A stretch of 32,000 nucleotides of DNA from Edaphobacter aggregans (lineage in GTDB: Bacteria > Acidobacteriota > Terriglobia > Terriglobales > Acidobacteriaceae). A model generated the notes under the pieces. That model was not told the DNA's origin, made no database searches, and worked only from the letters and a program-made list of their open reading frames with translations. Position 1 is the first letter of the stretch. Each line of letters begins with the position of its first letter. The translations under genes and the position numbers were made by a program. The stretch lies in assembly GCF_003945235.1 (NCBI RefSeq), contig NZ_RSDW01000001.1, forward strand, positions 4,920,001 to 4,952,000, given 5' to 3'. Below are positions 1 through 8,204 of this stretch, piece by piece.

Positions 1-1124
1 CGCTCGGAGGCATTGTGACGAGCGTGATCCGCACCTTTCTGATCGGACTGTGCATTGTGTTCGCCGGGCTCCAGGTGCTGGCTCTGGTGATGGCGATGCG
101 ACTAAGCCGCACGATGACGAAGTCAGTTGCTGATCTGTACGAGGCGACGCAGCGGATCGACCAGGGGCAGCTCGATCACCGGATCGGCGTTACTCGCGAC
201 GATCAGCTCGCGGAGCTGAGCCGGTCGTTCAACAAGATGACGGGATCTTTGCAGCGGCTTCTTGTGGAGCAGAAGGAGAAGGAGCGGCTGCAGAACGAGA
301 TCTCGATCGCGCAGGAGGTGCAGGCGAATTTATTTCCGCATCAGACGGTGGGGTTGGAGACACTGGAGCTGCATGGCGTCTGCCGGCCGGCACGGTCAGT
401 CAGCGGGGACTACTACGACTTCCTGGTCTTCCACGAGGCGGCGCATAACGGGAACGCCAGCCCGAAGGAGACGGGAGTTGGTATTGCACTGGGCGACATC
501 AGCGGGAAGGGAATCTCGGCGGCGCTGCTGATGGCGACGTTACACTCCGCGGTTCGGGCGTACCGGTTTGCCAGCGAGGAGCTGGTGTTTACCGAGTCGG
601 CTGTGGCCGGCCTGATGGCTAGCCGGGACGAACGTGGGCGGGACTGCGACGAGCTGTTCGAGTCACCGGGGCGGATTCTTGCGCTGCTGAATCGGCATTT
701 GTACCGTAGTACACAGCCGGAGAAGTATGCGACTTTGTTTCTTGCTCACTACGACGTGGCTACCTCTATGTTGACGTACTCCAATGCGGGTCAGCTTCCG
801 CCGCTGGTGCTTGGACGGGATGGGTCGATTCGCAGGCTGGACCGGGGTGGAACGGTGGTGGGCCTGATCGACGGGATGCAGTATGACGAAGGCCGGTTCC
901 AGATGCAGTCCGGCGACATTCTTGTGGCTTACTCGGACGGCGTGACGGAGCCTGAGAACGACTTTGGCGAGTTCGGCGAGGAGCGGCTGATGGAGGTTGT
1001 CAGCCGATACCGCAATGAGCCGCTGCATGTGATCTCGACGCAGGTGATGCAGGCGCTGGATGCTTGGATCGGGGCGGAAGAGCAGCCGGATGACATCACG
1101 CTGGTTCTGGCTCGTCAGGTTTAG
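1..1124 (+). CDS. HAMP-domain PP2C/SpoIIE-family serine phosphatase (RsbU-like); the 5' end probably lies outside the window
   Basis: ORF 15..1124; the frame stays open back to base 3, so the N-terminus may be truncated. TM helix (FLIGLCIVFAGLQVLALVMAM), HAMP-like linker (DDQLAELSRSFNKMTGSLQRL), then PP2C/SpoIIE motifs GDYYDF, GDISGKGISAALLMA, YSNAGQLPP, AYSDGVTE, DDITLVLA. Confidence 0.85.
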   Translation, partial: LGGIVTSVIRTFLIGLCIVFAGLQVLALVMAMRLSRTMTKSVADLYEATQRIDQGQLDHRIGVTRDDQLAELSRSFNKMTGSLQRLLVEQKEKERLQNEISIAQEVQANLFPHQTVGLETLELHGVCRPARSVSGDYYDFLVFHEAAHNGNASPKETGVGIALGDISGKGISAALLMATLHSAVRAYRFASEELVFTESAVAGLMASRDERGRDCDELFESPGRILALLNRHLYRSTQPEKYATLFLAHYDVATSMLTYSNAGQLPPLVLGRDGSIRRLDRGGTVVGLIDGMQYDEGRFQMQSGDILVAYSDGVTEPENDFGEFGEERLMEVVSRYRNEPLHVISTQVMQALDAWIGAEEQPDDITLVLARQV

Positions 1125-1314
1125 AACGTCTCTTTTGGGGTGTCCCCTCCGGTGTGTTTTGGTGCAAAGTATTCAAATTACAGAGGATAGCGGTGGACTT
1201 TCGCCCGCCTCATCTGCAAAAGTCTCTGGATTCGCGAGTTTGAAGTATCCGGTTCCTGTAAAGTATTGATTTTATGTTGGTTGTTGGTTTAGGCTTCGTT
1301 GTTGAGATTAGGAG

Positions 1315-1346
1315 AAAGCCCCGGAGACGACCCGGGGCTTTTTCTT
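1315..1346 (+). terminator. Rho-independent terminator hairpin
   Basis: Perfect 10-bp stem AAAGCCCCGG (1315-1324) / CCGGGGCTTT (1332-1341) with a 7-nt loop, running into TTTTTCTT. It lies about 190 nt after the phosphatase stop codon. Confidence 0.6.
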
Positions 1347-1764
1347 GTTCTCACTTAACAGCGTAGCGGATTGAAGGGAATTATTCGGCACTGCAGATCG
1401 CCCGGCTAGCGCGGGGATTTGCGATTTGGGGCTTGACAAGGACAGAGACAGAAGCAGATCCCTTCGCTGCGCTCGGGATGACAACCAAAGGGCAGGCAGC
1501 AGCAAGAACACGAACAAGAGCAAGAACAGAACAACTGCAAGATATTTTGTCCCTAAGCACTTTGCTGCAACTCGGTGTTACGGAGTGGCTGTTCCTACTC
1601 TGCCGTTTGCGATGTTGTAGGAGACGTCCTGCACAGAGACAAACTACCGGATCGGTTGGGTGGGTGCGATGAGTGCTATGCCGTCGAGTGAGCGTCGGCT
1701 GCGTTTGGCGCCGATCCCGATTTTCGTTGCATCGTCTGGCGTGGTCCACGATACAATTTGCCCC

Positions 1765-2322
1765 ATGCGCCGCTCTGATTCGATTGCACTTTCGATGGCT
1801 TTTGCCCTTGTCTTCGCGATACCGACGACCGTTTCAGCAAAGAACAATGTTGCTGAATTCCCCCTGCGGGTTCATATCTTCCAGCAGCACACCACGCAGC
1901 ACTACCACAATGGCGTGCCGGATTTCGCTAATGGCTTTGGCCGGGCTAACCTCTTCGAAAATGGCGTGGCTCAGGGTATCGACTACAGTTTCAGCTGTTC
2001 CGATCAGGTTATGACTTCATCCGGCTATGAAACTTATCCCGCAAAGTGGAAGAAGAAGGACGAGGAACTCATCATCCTGGAAGGGGTGATGGGCAATCCG
2101 AATGCGACTCATACCTGCACACTGAAGATCCAGAAGAAGGATTTTGCCTATTTCATGCGCAATGGCAATCTCGGCAGCGAGCCGACATCCGCGTACAAGC
2201 AGTGGATGGAGAAGCATGACTACGATCCTGAACACGGCAAGAACGAACCCACGATTTTGACTGATCCGGCCCCTGCCAAGGCCACATCCAGTTCAGCGGC
2301 TTCTCCGAACTCACAAAATTAG
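1765..2322 (+). CDS. Secreted hypothetical protein (no family recognised)
   Basis: ORF 1660..2322. ATG 1765 was chosen because it opens a signal peptide (MRRSDSIALSMAFALVFAIPTTVSA/KNN). Third codon positions are GC-biased. The C-terminal tail is S/A/P-rich. Confidence 0.55.
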   Translation: MRRSDSIALSMAFALVFAIPTTVSAKNNVAEFPLRVHIFQQHTTQHYHNGVPDFANGFGRANLFENGVAQGIDYSFSCSDQVMTSSGYETYPAKWKKKDEELIILEGVMGNPNATHTCTLKIQKKDFAYFMRNGNLGSEPTSAYKQWMEKHDYDPEHGKNEPTILTDPAPAKATSSSAASPNSQN

Positions 2323-2377
2323 CATTGGCTGAGCGGTAGCTCTCAAATCCGTGTGGGCCATTGCCGGCATCCGGTCT

Positions 2378-3592
2378 TTACCTGGTGGAGGTGAAGGCTT
2401 TTACAGCGATCGCGTTGGGCGATTTGCCGGCTGGGAGCATGGTGAAGAGGGTTGGGCCTTGCTTGCTCTGGGTGCGGATGACGGCTACGTCGCCGGAGTG
2501 TGCGTTGGTGGCGAGGAGGACGTGCTCGTCGGCAGAGAAAGCGAGAGCGTCGGGGGCGGAGCCGGTGTGGACGTTGCCGATGAGATGGCCGTCGTCGATG
2601 CTGTAGATGCTGATGGAGTCGGCGCCGAAGTTGGAGACGTAGAGGGTAGTGTTGTCGGCGGAGACGATACCTTGAACAGGCTTGCTGCCGATGGCGAAGG
2701 TGTTGCTGACCTCGTTGGTGTAGGTAGAGATCTCGGAGATGGAGTCGGAGCCGAAGTTGGAGACGAAGATCTCACCGCCGTCGGGCTTGAGGGCGAGGTG
2801 GACGGGGGTTTGGCCGACGTCGAGGAGGGCGAGGAGGTGGTCTGCGGTAAGGGATGGGTCCTGGCGGGCTGCCCAGGAGTCGGGGGCGGCGGAGAGGCTG
2901 ATGGCCATGACCTGGTGCCCGGAGGAGCAGGCAACGAAGGCTTTGGATGAGTCGGGGAGGATGACGGCGTCGGTGGCTCCGGGGCATCCGGGGAAGGCGG
3001 CGCGGAGGCGGAGGATGGGGCCGGGGTGTGGGGAGTCCTCGCGAGGTGCGACGGCGAAGATGGAGACGCTGTTGCTGCCGCGGTTGGTGACGACGAGCGA
3101 GCGCATGTCGGGGGAGATGCGGGCGAGGCCGGGCTGCTCGCCGGTGCCTGCTACGGCGATTTCGCGGCGGCGGTCGAGGTCGATGACGCTGACGGTATTG
3201 GAGCCGGAGTTTGCGACGTACGCGCGGTGGCCGGAGGGTTCGACGCTGATGAAGTAGGGTTGGCGATGGACGCCGATGGTGGCGGCGATGCGGTTGTTCT
3301 CGGTGTCGATGACGGAGATGGTGCCGGATTGGGTGTTGACGGCGTAAACTTCATTGCGTAAAGGGTTTACGGCGATGCCGGAGGGGTTGGCGCCGACTTC
3401 GAGGGTGCGGTCCTGGCGAAAATTGACAATGTCGAGGACGCTGACTGTGTTGGCGGCTCCATTGGTGACGTAGGCGAACTCGCGGTAGCCGGGGGGTACG
3501 TCGGGGAAGTGGCTGCGGCGACAGCCTGAGGTGGCGAGGAGGAGGGTGGCTGCGGTGAGGGCGGCGAGGAACGATTGGCGAAGTATCTGCAC
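2378..3592 (-). CDS. YVTN-type beta-propeller repeat lipoprotein
   Basis: ORF 2378..3733. Repeated ~40-aa blades carry the signature seen in YVTNGAANTVSVLD, AYVANSGSNTVSVIDL, LVVTNRGSNSVSIF, IFVSNFGSDSISEI, LYVSNFGADSISIY. GTG at 3592 gives a lipoprotein-type signal (AATLLLATSG/C). ATG 3733 is the longest alternative start. Confidence 0.8.
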   Translation of the reverse strand: MQILRQSFLAALTAATLLLATSGCRRSHFPDVPPGYREFAYVTNGAANTVSVLDIVNFRQDRTLEVGANPSGIAVNPLRNEVYAVNTQSGTISVIDTENNRIAATIGVHRQPYFISVEPSGHRAYVANSGSNTVSVIDLDRRREIAVAGTGEQPGLARISPDMRSLVVTNRGSNSVSIFAVAPREDSPHPGPILRLRAAFPGCPGATDAVILPDSSKAFVACSSGHQVMAISLSAAPDSWAARQDPSLTADHLLALLDVGQTPVHLALKPDGGEIFVSNFGSDSISEISTYTNEVSNTFAIGSKPVQGIVSADNTTLYVSNFGADSISIYSIDDGHLIGNVHTGSAPDALAFSADEHVLLATNAHSGDVAVIRTQSKQGPTLFTMLPAGKSPNAIAVKAFTSTR

Positions 3593-3756
3593 TATTGGGA
3601 GTCTAACTGGTTGGAGCTGTTGGGGGAATCGACGCTTTGGGGAGTTGTGGGGGTAAAAAAATATTTTCGAAACCTTTTTAAAGGGGCTGTGTTTACGAGA
3701 TTGATGCCGAGAGTTGCCAGATGGGGAGCTCACGCATCAGTAGCATTCCTTCTCGG

Positions 3757-3800
3757 ACAACGAAGTCGCGGATATTGCGGCTTCGTTGTTTTTTTGTTTT
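3757..3800 (+). terminator. Terminator-like hairpin with a T-tract; one of two mutually exclusive hairpins
   Basis: ACAACGAAG (3757-3765) pairs with CTTCGTTGT (3781-3789) and is followed by TTTTTTTGTTTTT. The same right arm can instead pair with AAAACAACGAAG at 3810-3821. No plus-strand gene lies upstream, so its function is unclear. Confidence 0.4.
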
Positions 3801-3842
3801 TGGGGCGCTAAAACAACGAAGTCTGCTGTAGCGGATTTGGCC

Positions 3843-3986
3843 TTAGGCTCTTGGGGAGCGGATTTTGCGCCAGTTGTATGCGGTCCAGGCGAGGTATCCG
3901 CCTTGAAGCGTCCAGACGCCGACGTAGACGAAGACGAGGTGGCGGTGGGCCATGGTGGAGAAGTCGAAGAAGGTCTTCCAAGTCAT
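3843..3986 (-). CDS. ccmD: CcmD-family small heme-exporter protein (47 aa)
   Basis: Internal ATG of ORF 3843..4103 forms an ATGA overlap with the ccmC stop (3983-3986). Product MTWKTFFDFSTMAHRHLVFVYVGVWTLQGGYLAWTAYNWRKIRSPRA has a single TM helix and sits where ccmD sits in System I operons. Confidence 0.55.
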   Translation of the reverse strand: MTWKTFFDFSTMAHRHLVFVYVGVWTLQGGYLAWTAYNWRKIRSPRA

Positions 3987-4714
3987 TGCGGGGTCTCCAG
4001 GGAGGCTTCGATGGCTTGGAGGGCTGCGTCCTGCTCGGCGATCTGGCGGCGGCGCTCGAGGGCGAAGCGGAAGGCGATGAGGAAGATGCCCCACATGGCC
4101 CATCCGGCGAGATTCCAGAGGATGGCGGGGTAGAAGCGGGGATCGACACCTCCGCCGTTAGGGCCGAAGACGGGGGCAGGGTGCTGGGTGCGCCACCACT
4201 GGATCGACATGTAGACGATAGGTACGTCGATGGCGGCGAAGACGGCTAGTATGGCGGCGAGCACGCCGATCTGTCCTGCGGGCGAGAAGCGGCGGAGCAG
4301 AAGGTAGCTCACGTAGATCAGCCAGAGGATGAGGGCGGTGGTGAGGCGTGGGTCCCAGGCCCACCAGATGCCCCATGCCGGTTTGCCCCAGAGCATTCCG
4401 GTGCCCAGACAGATGCCGACGTAGAGAACGGTGACCTCTGCTGAGGCGACGGCGAGGGCGTCTGCGGTAAGGGCTTTGAGGGGATCGCGGCGACGCCAGT
4501 AGAGGAAGCCCAGCGAGGCTACGAGATTGACGTAGGGGAAGATCAGCCCGAGGACGGCGTGTGGCAGATGGTAATAGAAGATGCGCTGGAGATTGCCCAT
4601 CGTCTCTTCCATAGGAACAAGGAAGATGGCCTGACGGAAGCCGACGACGAGGACGGCGACGGTCGCCAGAAACCAGAGCCAAGCGGTGCTGCGGAGAACG
4701 GAGGAGCGGGCCAC
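3983..4714 (-). CDS. ccmC: Heme exporter protein CcmC
   Basis: Six-TM protein with the tryptophan-rich WWD motif WGKPAWGIWWAWDPRLT and the flanking conserved His residues (YYHLPHA, WWRTQHPA). Confidence 0.9.
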   Translation of the reverse strand: MARSSVLRSTAWLWFLATVAVLVVGFRQAIFLVPMEETMGNLQRIFYYHLPHAVLGLIFPYVNLVASLGFLYWRRRDPLKALTADALAVASAEVTVLYVGICLGTGMLWGKPAWGIWWAWDPRLTTALILWLIYVSYLLLRRFSPAGQIGVLAAILAVFAAIDVPIVYMSIQWWRTQHPAPVFGPNGGGVDPRFYPAILWNLAGWAMWGIFLIAFRFALERRRQIAEQDAALQAIEASLETPQ

Positions 4715-4770
4715 TATGCGTCTATTTTATCGCGAAAGCGGGCAATGCGTGGAAGCGACCGTATCCGCGA

Positions 4771-5460
4771 CTATTCGGCGTTGAGGACGGTCTCGAAGAG
4801 GAGTATGCAGACGGTGGTGTAGATGATGTCGTAGCCGGCTAGCTGGGTGATCCAGGTGCGGATCTGGATGGGGTCGAGTTCGGCGGTGAGGACGCCGGTT
4901 GTGGCCTGGACCATCATGAGGATAGCGGGCAGGGAGATGGGCAACAGGAGCAGCGGGAGCAGGAGTTCGCGGTTGCGGGCGCGCAGACCGAGGGCAGCGA
5001 AGAAGGTTCCGTTGACGATGAGCGCCCAGGTGCCAAGGGGGAGGATGATGGCGAGGAGCCAGGCGTTTCCGAGAACTTGCAGGTTGAAGAAGATGACGAA
5101 GATGGGGGCCAGGATGGCTTCGACCACAAGGACGAAGAGCATGTTGGCGAGAACTTTGCCAAGGAAGAGCGCGGAGGCGGGGGACGGTGCCATGCGCTGA
5201 GCTTCGAGGACCTGGTTGCGCTGCTCGCGGGTCCAGGACTGGTTGAGCGCGGTGATGGAGGCGAAGAGGATGCCGACCCAGAGGATGCCGCCGGAGATCT
5301 GGCGCGTGGTGGTGGGGTAGCCGGCGGGGTCGAAGGCGATGGAGAAGACCACGACGATGAGAAGGACGAAGAAGAGCATCCCGTTGATGGAATCGCGGGA
5401 GCGCCATTCGAGACGAAGATCTTTTCGGAGGTGGTCGAGGACGTGGCCGAAGTATTTCAT
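4771..5460 (-). CDS. ccmB: Heme exporter protein CcmB (ABC permease)
   Basis: Polytopic membrane protein with a CcmB-like N-terminus (LRKDLRLEWRSRDSINGMLFFVLLIVVVFSIAFDP). It lies between the ABC ATPase and ccmC. Confidence 0.88.
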   Translation of the reverse strand: MKYFGHVLDHLRKDLRLEWRSRDSINGMLFFVLLIVVVFSIAFDPAGYPTTTRQISGGILWVGILFASITALNQSWTREQRNQVLEAQRMAPSPASALFLGKVLANMLFVLVVEAILAPIFVIFFNLQVLGNAWLLAIILPLGTWALIVNGTFFAALGLRARNRELLLPLLLLPISLPAILMMVQATTGVLTAELDPIQIRTWITQLAGYDIIYTTVCILLFETVLNAE

Positions 5461-5966
5461 CCGTGTTCCCCGGTGCGCGCAGCCTTGGTGAGATCGGCGA
5501 GAGTCGCCTCGGAGGCGCGGAGGTAGTCGGCGGGGGAGAGCAGGAGCTGGAGGCCGCGAAGGCCTGCGGAGACGGAGATGATGTCGAAGAGCTCGATGGT
5601 CTCGTCGGCGTAGGCGGGGAAGGGTTTGCGTGCGCCCATGACGGTGACTCCGCCGCGTATGTAGCCGGTGAGGGGTTCAACTTCTTTGAGTGAGGCTAGC
5701 TCGGCCTTTTTCGCAGAGGCGGCGTGGGCTAGTTTTTTAAGGTCGAGTTCGGCGTTGCCGGGGATGACCGCGAAAAGCTGCTCGCCGGTGTTGGTGTGGG
5801 CCAGGAGGGTTTTGAAGACTTGTTCTGCGGGGAGGCCGATCTTACGGGCGACGGAGATAGCGGTGAGGTCTTCGGGGTCTACCTCGTAGGCGCGGAGTTC
5901 GTAGGTGATGCCGAGGGTGTCGAGGAGGCGGGCTGCGTTGGTTTTGGTTTGGGGTGCGATCTTCAT
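5457..5966 (-). CDS. ybaK: YbaK/EbsC-family Cys-tRNA(Pro)/Cys-tRNA(Cys) deacylase homolog
   Basis: Aligns by eye along its whole length with E. coli YbaK: FKTLL (catalytic-Lys region), LDLKKLAHAASAKKAELA, TGYIRGGVT, ISVSAGLRG. ATGA overlaps on both sides (5963-5966 with ccmA, 5457-5460 with ccmB). Confidence 0.85.
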   Translation of the reverse strand: MKIAPQTKTNAARLLDTLGITYELRAYEVDPEDLTAISVARKIGLPAEQVFKTLLAHTNTGEQLFAVIPGNAELDLKKLAHAASAKKAELASLKEVEPLTGYIRGGVTVMGARKPFPAYADETIELFDIISVSAGLRGLQLLLSPADYLRASEATLADLTKAARTGEHG

Positions 5967-6679
5967 CCGGCGGTCTCGACCTCGACGATCTGGCCGCCGC
6001 GCATGTGGAGGGTATTGTCTGCGAGGGGCTTGGCGAGATGGGCCTGGTGGGTAGTGATGATGAGGGTGCGGGATCCGGCGATGCCGTTTACCGGGGCGAC
6101 GGGCCAGGTGCGGAAGTCAGCGAGGAGATCGACCATGTGATTGGCGCTGCCTATGTCGAGGTTGGAGAAGGGTTCGTCGAGCAGGAGGAGTTCGGGGTCG
6201 GTCTGGAGGACTCGTGCGAGCGAGGTGCGCTGGCGCATTCCCTGAGAGTACTGGCCGAGGGGACGGGTGAGGGTGGGGTCGAGGCCGACGGCGCGGAGGG
6301 CCATCTCGGGGGAGCCTACGCAGGCGCAACCCTCTTCGCGGTGGAGAGAGGCGAAGTAGTTGAGGTTTTCCATGGCAGTGAGCTCGTCATAGAGCATGGG
6401 AGCGTGGCTCATGTAGGCCATGCGACGGCGCTGCAGGTGTGGGCGTTCGCCGAAGACGGTGGCGGTGCCACGCGTAGGTGTGATGAGGCCCGCGATGACG
6501 CGGAGGAGAGTGGATTTACCGGCGCCGTTTTCGCCGAGGATGACGGTGGAGGTTCCGGCGGCAAAGGTGGTGGTGACGTTGCGCAGGGCGGCGAAAGTGC
6601 CGTAGAGCTTGGAGACAGAGTCGATGCTGGCGGCTGCAGTGGCTGCTGCTTCGGCGCGGGTTAGGGTTGGGGCTGGCAT
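5963..6679 (-). CDS. ccmA: Heme ABC exporter ATP-binding protein CcmA
   Basis: Walker A GENGAGKST, signature-like YSQGMRQR, Walker B LLLLDEP. It is the first gene of the ccm operon. The exact start is uncertain because the N-terminal leader is A/T-rich in residues. Confidence 0.85.
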   Translation of the reverse strand: MPAPTLTRAEAAATAAASIDSVSKLYGTFAALRNVTTTFAAGTSTVILGENGAGKSTLLRVIAGLITPTRGTATVFGERPHLQRRRMAYMSHAPMLYDELTAMENLNYFASLHREEGCACVGSPEMALRAVGLDPTLTRPLGQYSQGMRQRTSLARVLQTDPELLLLDEPFSNLDIGSANHMVDLLADFRTWPVAPVNGIAGSRTLIITTHQAHLAKPLADNTLHMRGGQIVEVETAG

Positions 6680-6768
6680 CGGATGTATCTTCTTTGTCTC
6701 TTCATGCGAGTATATGGCTAGCGCTGGGTCTGATGCAGTGCGTTTGATCTGTGAGGAGAACGAATACC

Positions 6769-8202
6769 GTGAAATTGACTGCTGTTTTTCTTTCTGCGGG
6801 GCTTTTTGCCACTGGGCTTCATGCGCAGCAGACGCCCCCGCTGGATGCGGCTTCTCGGGAGTTGGCGCGGGATGTTTTCAAGCAGCTGATTGAGATCAAC
6901 ACGACGGATTCGATGGGCAGTACGACGCTGGCGGCGGAGGCGATGCGGAAGCGGCTGCTGGATGCTGGGTTTCCGGCAGAGGATGTTGTGGTATTGGGGC
7001 CGAATGATCGTAAGGGGAACATGGTGGCTCGGTTCCGGGGCAAGCCGGGAAGCACGAAGCGGCCGGTGCTGATTATTGGGCATATCGATGTGGTGGAGGC
7101 GAAGCGTGAGGACTGGACGACAGATCCCTTTGTGTTCACAGAGAAGGATGGGTACTTCTACGGACGCGGGACGCAGGATATGAAGGAGTCGGACGCGGCT
7201 GTGGTGACTAGCTTTATCCGTCTGAAGAAGGAGGGATTTGTACCGGATAGGGACATCATTCTGGCGCTGACGGCTGATGAGGAGGGTGGGAAGTCGAATG
7301 GAGTGGACTGGCTGCTGAAGAATCATCGGGATTTGGTGGATGCGGGATTTGCACTGAATGCGGATGCGGGTGGGTTGAATACGGAGAAGGGCAAGCCGGT
7401 GAATATCGGCGTTGAAGCGACGGAGAAGTTGTATGCGGATTTCAGACTGACGGTGACGAATCCGGGTGGGCATAGTTCGCTGCCGAAGAAGGACAATGCG
7501 ATCTACCATCTGGCGGATGCGCTGGGGCGACTGGAGGCTTATCAGTTTCCGTTTGAACTGAATGTGGTGACGCGGGGCTATTTTGAGGCGATGGAGAAGA
7601 TTCAGAAGGGCGAGGTCACGGCAGATATACGCGGGGTGTTGAAGACTCCGGCGGATAAGGCTGCGGTGGCGCGGCTGTCGGAGGATCCGCTGTACAACTC
7701 GACGATGCGGACGACGTGTGTGGCGACGATGGTGCAGGCCGGGCATGCTCCGAACGCGCTGCCTCAGCGGGCGCAGGCGAATGTGAATTGCAGGATTCTG
7801 CCAGGGCATACTCCGGCTGAGGTGAGGGCGGCCTTGGTCAAGGCGATTGCTGATCCGAAGGTCGAGGTGAAGCTGGTGAACGATGCAGGGGCGCTGAGCG
7901 ATCGAGATGAGAATGAGAAGTCGGTGACGCCGCCACCGCTGAATGAAGAGGTGTTTGGGGCGCTGCACGAGGTGGTGGGGCAGATGTGGCCTGGGCTGCC
8001 GGTTGTGCCGGAGATGGAGACGGGTGCTTCGGACAGCAAGATTACGATGGCTGCGGGGATTCCGAGCTATGGGTTTTCAGGGATGGGCATCGATGGCGAC
8101 GATGTTCGCGCGCATGGCAAGGATGAACGCATTGGGGTGGAGTCGTTCTATACAGGGGTCGACTTTGATTATCGGTATCTGAAGGCGCTTACGGGGAAGT
8201 GA
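6769..8202 (+). CDS. Secreted M20-family metallopeptidase (carboxypeptidase/dipeptidase-like)
   Basis: ORF 6751..8202. GTG 6769 follows GAGGAGA (6753-6759) and opens a signal peptide (KLTAVFLSAGLFATGLHA/QQ). M20 metal-ligand motifs are present: GHIDVVEA, YGRGTQDMK, ADEEGG. Confidence 0.85.
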   Translation: MKLTAVFLSAGLFATGLHAQQTPPLDAASRELARDVFKQLIEINTTDSMGSTTLAAEAMRKRLLDAGFPAEDVVVLGPNDRKGNMVARFRGKPGSTKRPVLIIGHIDVVEAKREDWTTDPFVFTEKDGYFYGRGTQDMKESDAAVVTSFIRLKKEGFVPDRDIILALTADEEGGKSNGVDWLLKNHRDLVDAGFALNADAGGLNTEKGKPVNIGVEATEKLYADFRLTVTNPGGHSSLPKKDNAIYHLADALGRLEAYQFPFELNVVTRGYFEAMEKIQKGEVTADIRGVLKTPADKAAVARLSEDPLYNSTMRTTCVATMVQAGHAPNALPQRAQANVNCRILPGHTPAEVRAALVKAIADPKVEVKLVNDAGALSDRDENEKSVTPPPLNEEVFGALHEVVGQMWPGLPVVPEMETGASDSKITMAAGIPSYGFSGMGIDGDDVRAHGKDERIGVESFYTGVDFDYRYLKALTGK

Positions 8203-8204
8203 GC

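Noticed and set aside
1426-1749. ORFs 1426..1620, 1433..1672 (plus strand) and 1381..1749 (minus strand) in the 640-bp spacer
   Set aside because: They are read through a palindromic, purine-tract element. Their products are R/K/N/T-rich with no start-site signals and resemble spurious translations of an intergenic repeat.
2351-2950. G/D/V/E-rich plus-strand ORF and P/S/T-rich minus-strand ORFs (2485..2934, 3151..3354) over the beta-propeller gene. Similar low-complexity ORFs occur at 18549..19040, 19009..19896, 19580..20278, 4727..5680, 5954..6664, 20453..21262 and 23112..23726
   Set aside because: These are alternative frames or strands of real genes. Their low-complexity composition is characteristic of off-frame translation of GC-rich coding DNA.
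6718-7968. 416-aa minus-strand ORF antisense to the M20 peptidase
   Set aside because: Extreme R/H/Q/L/P composition and no motifs. The plus-strand frame has clear M20 metal-binding motifs and a signal peptide. This is a typical high-GC antisense shadow ORF.
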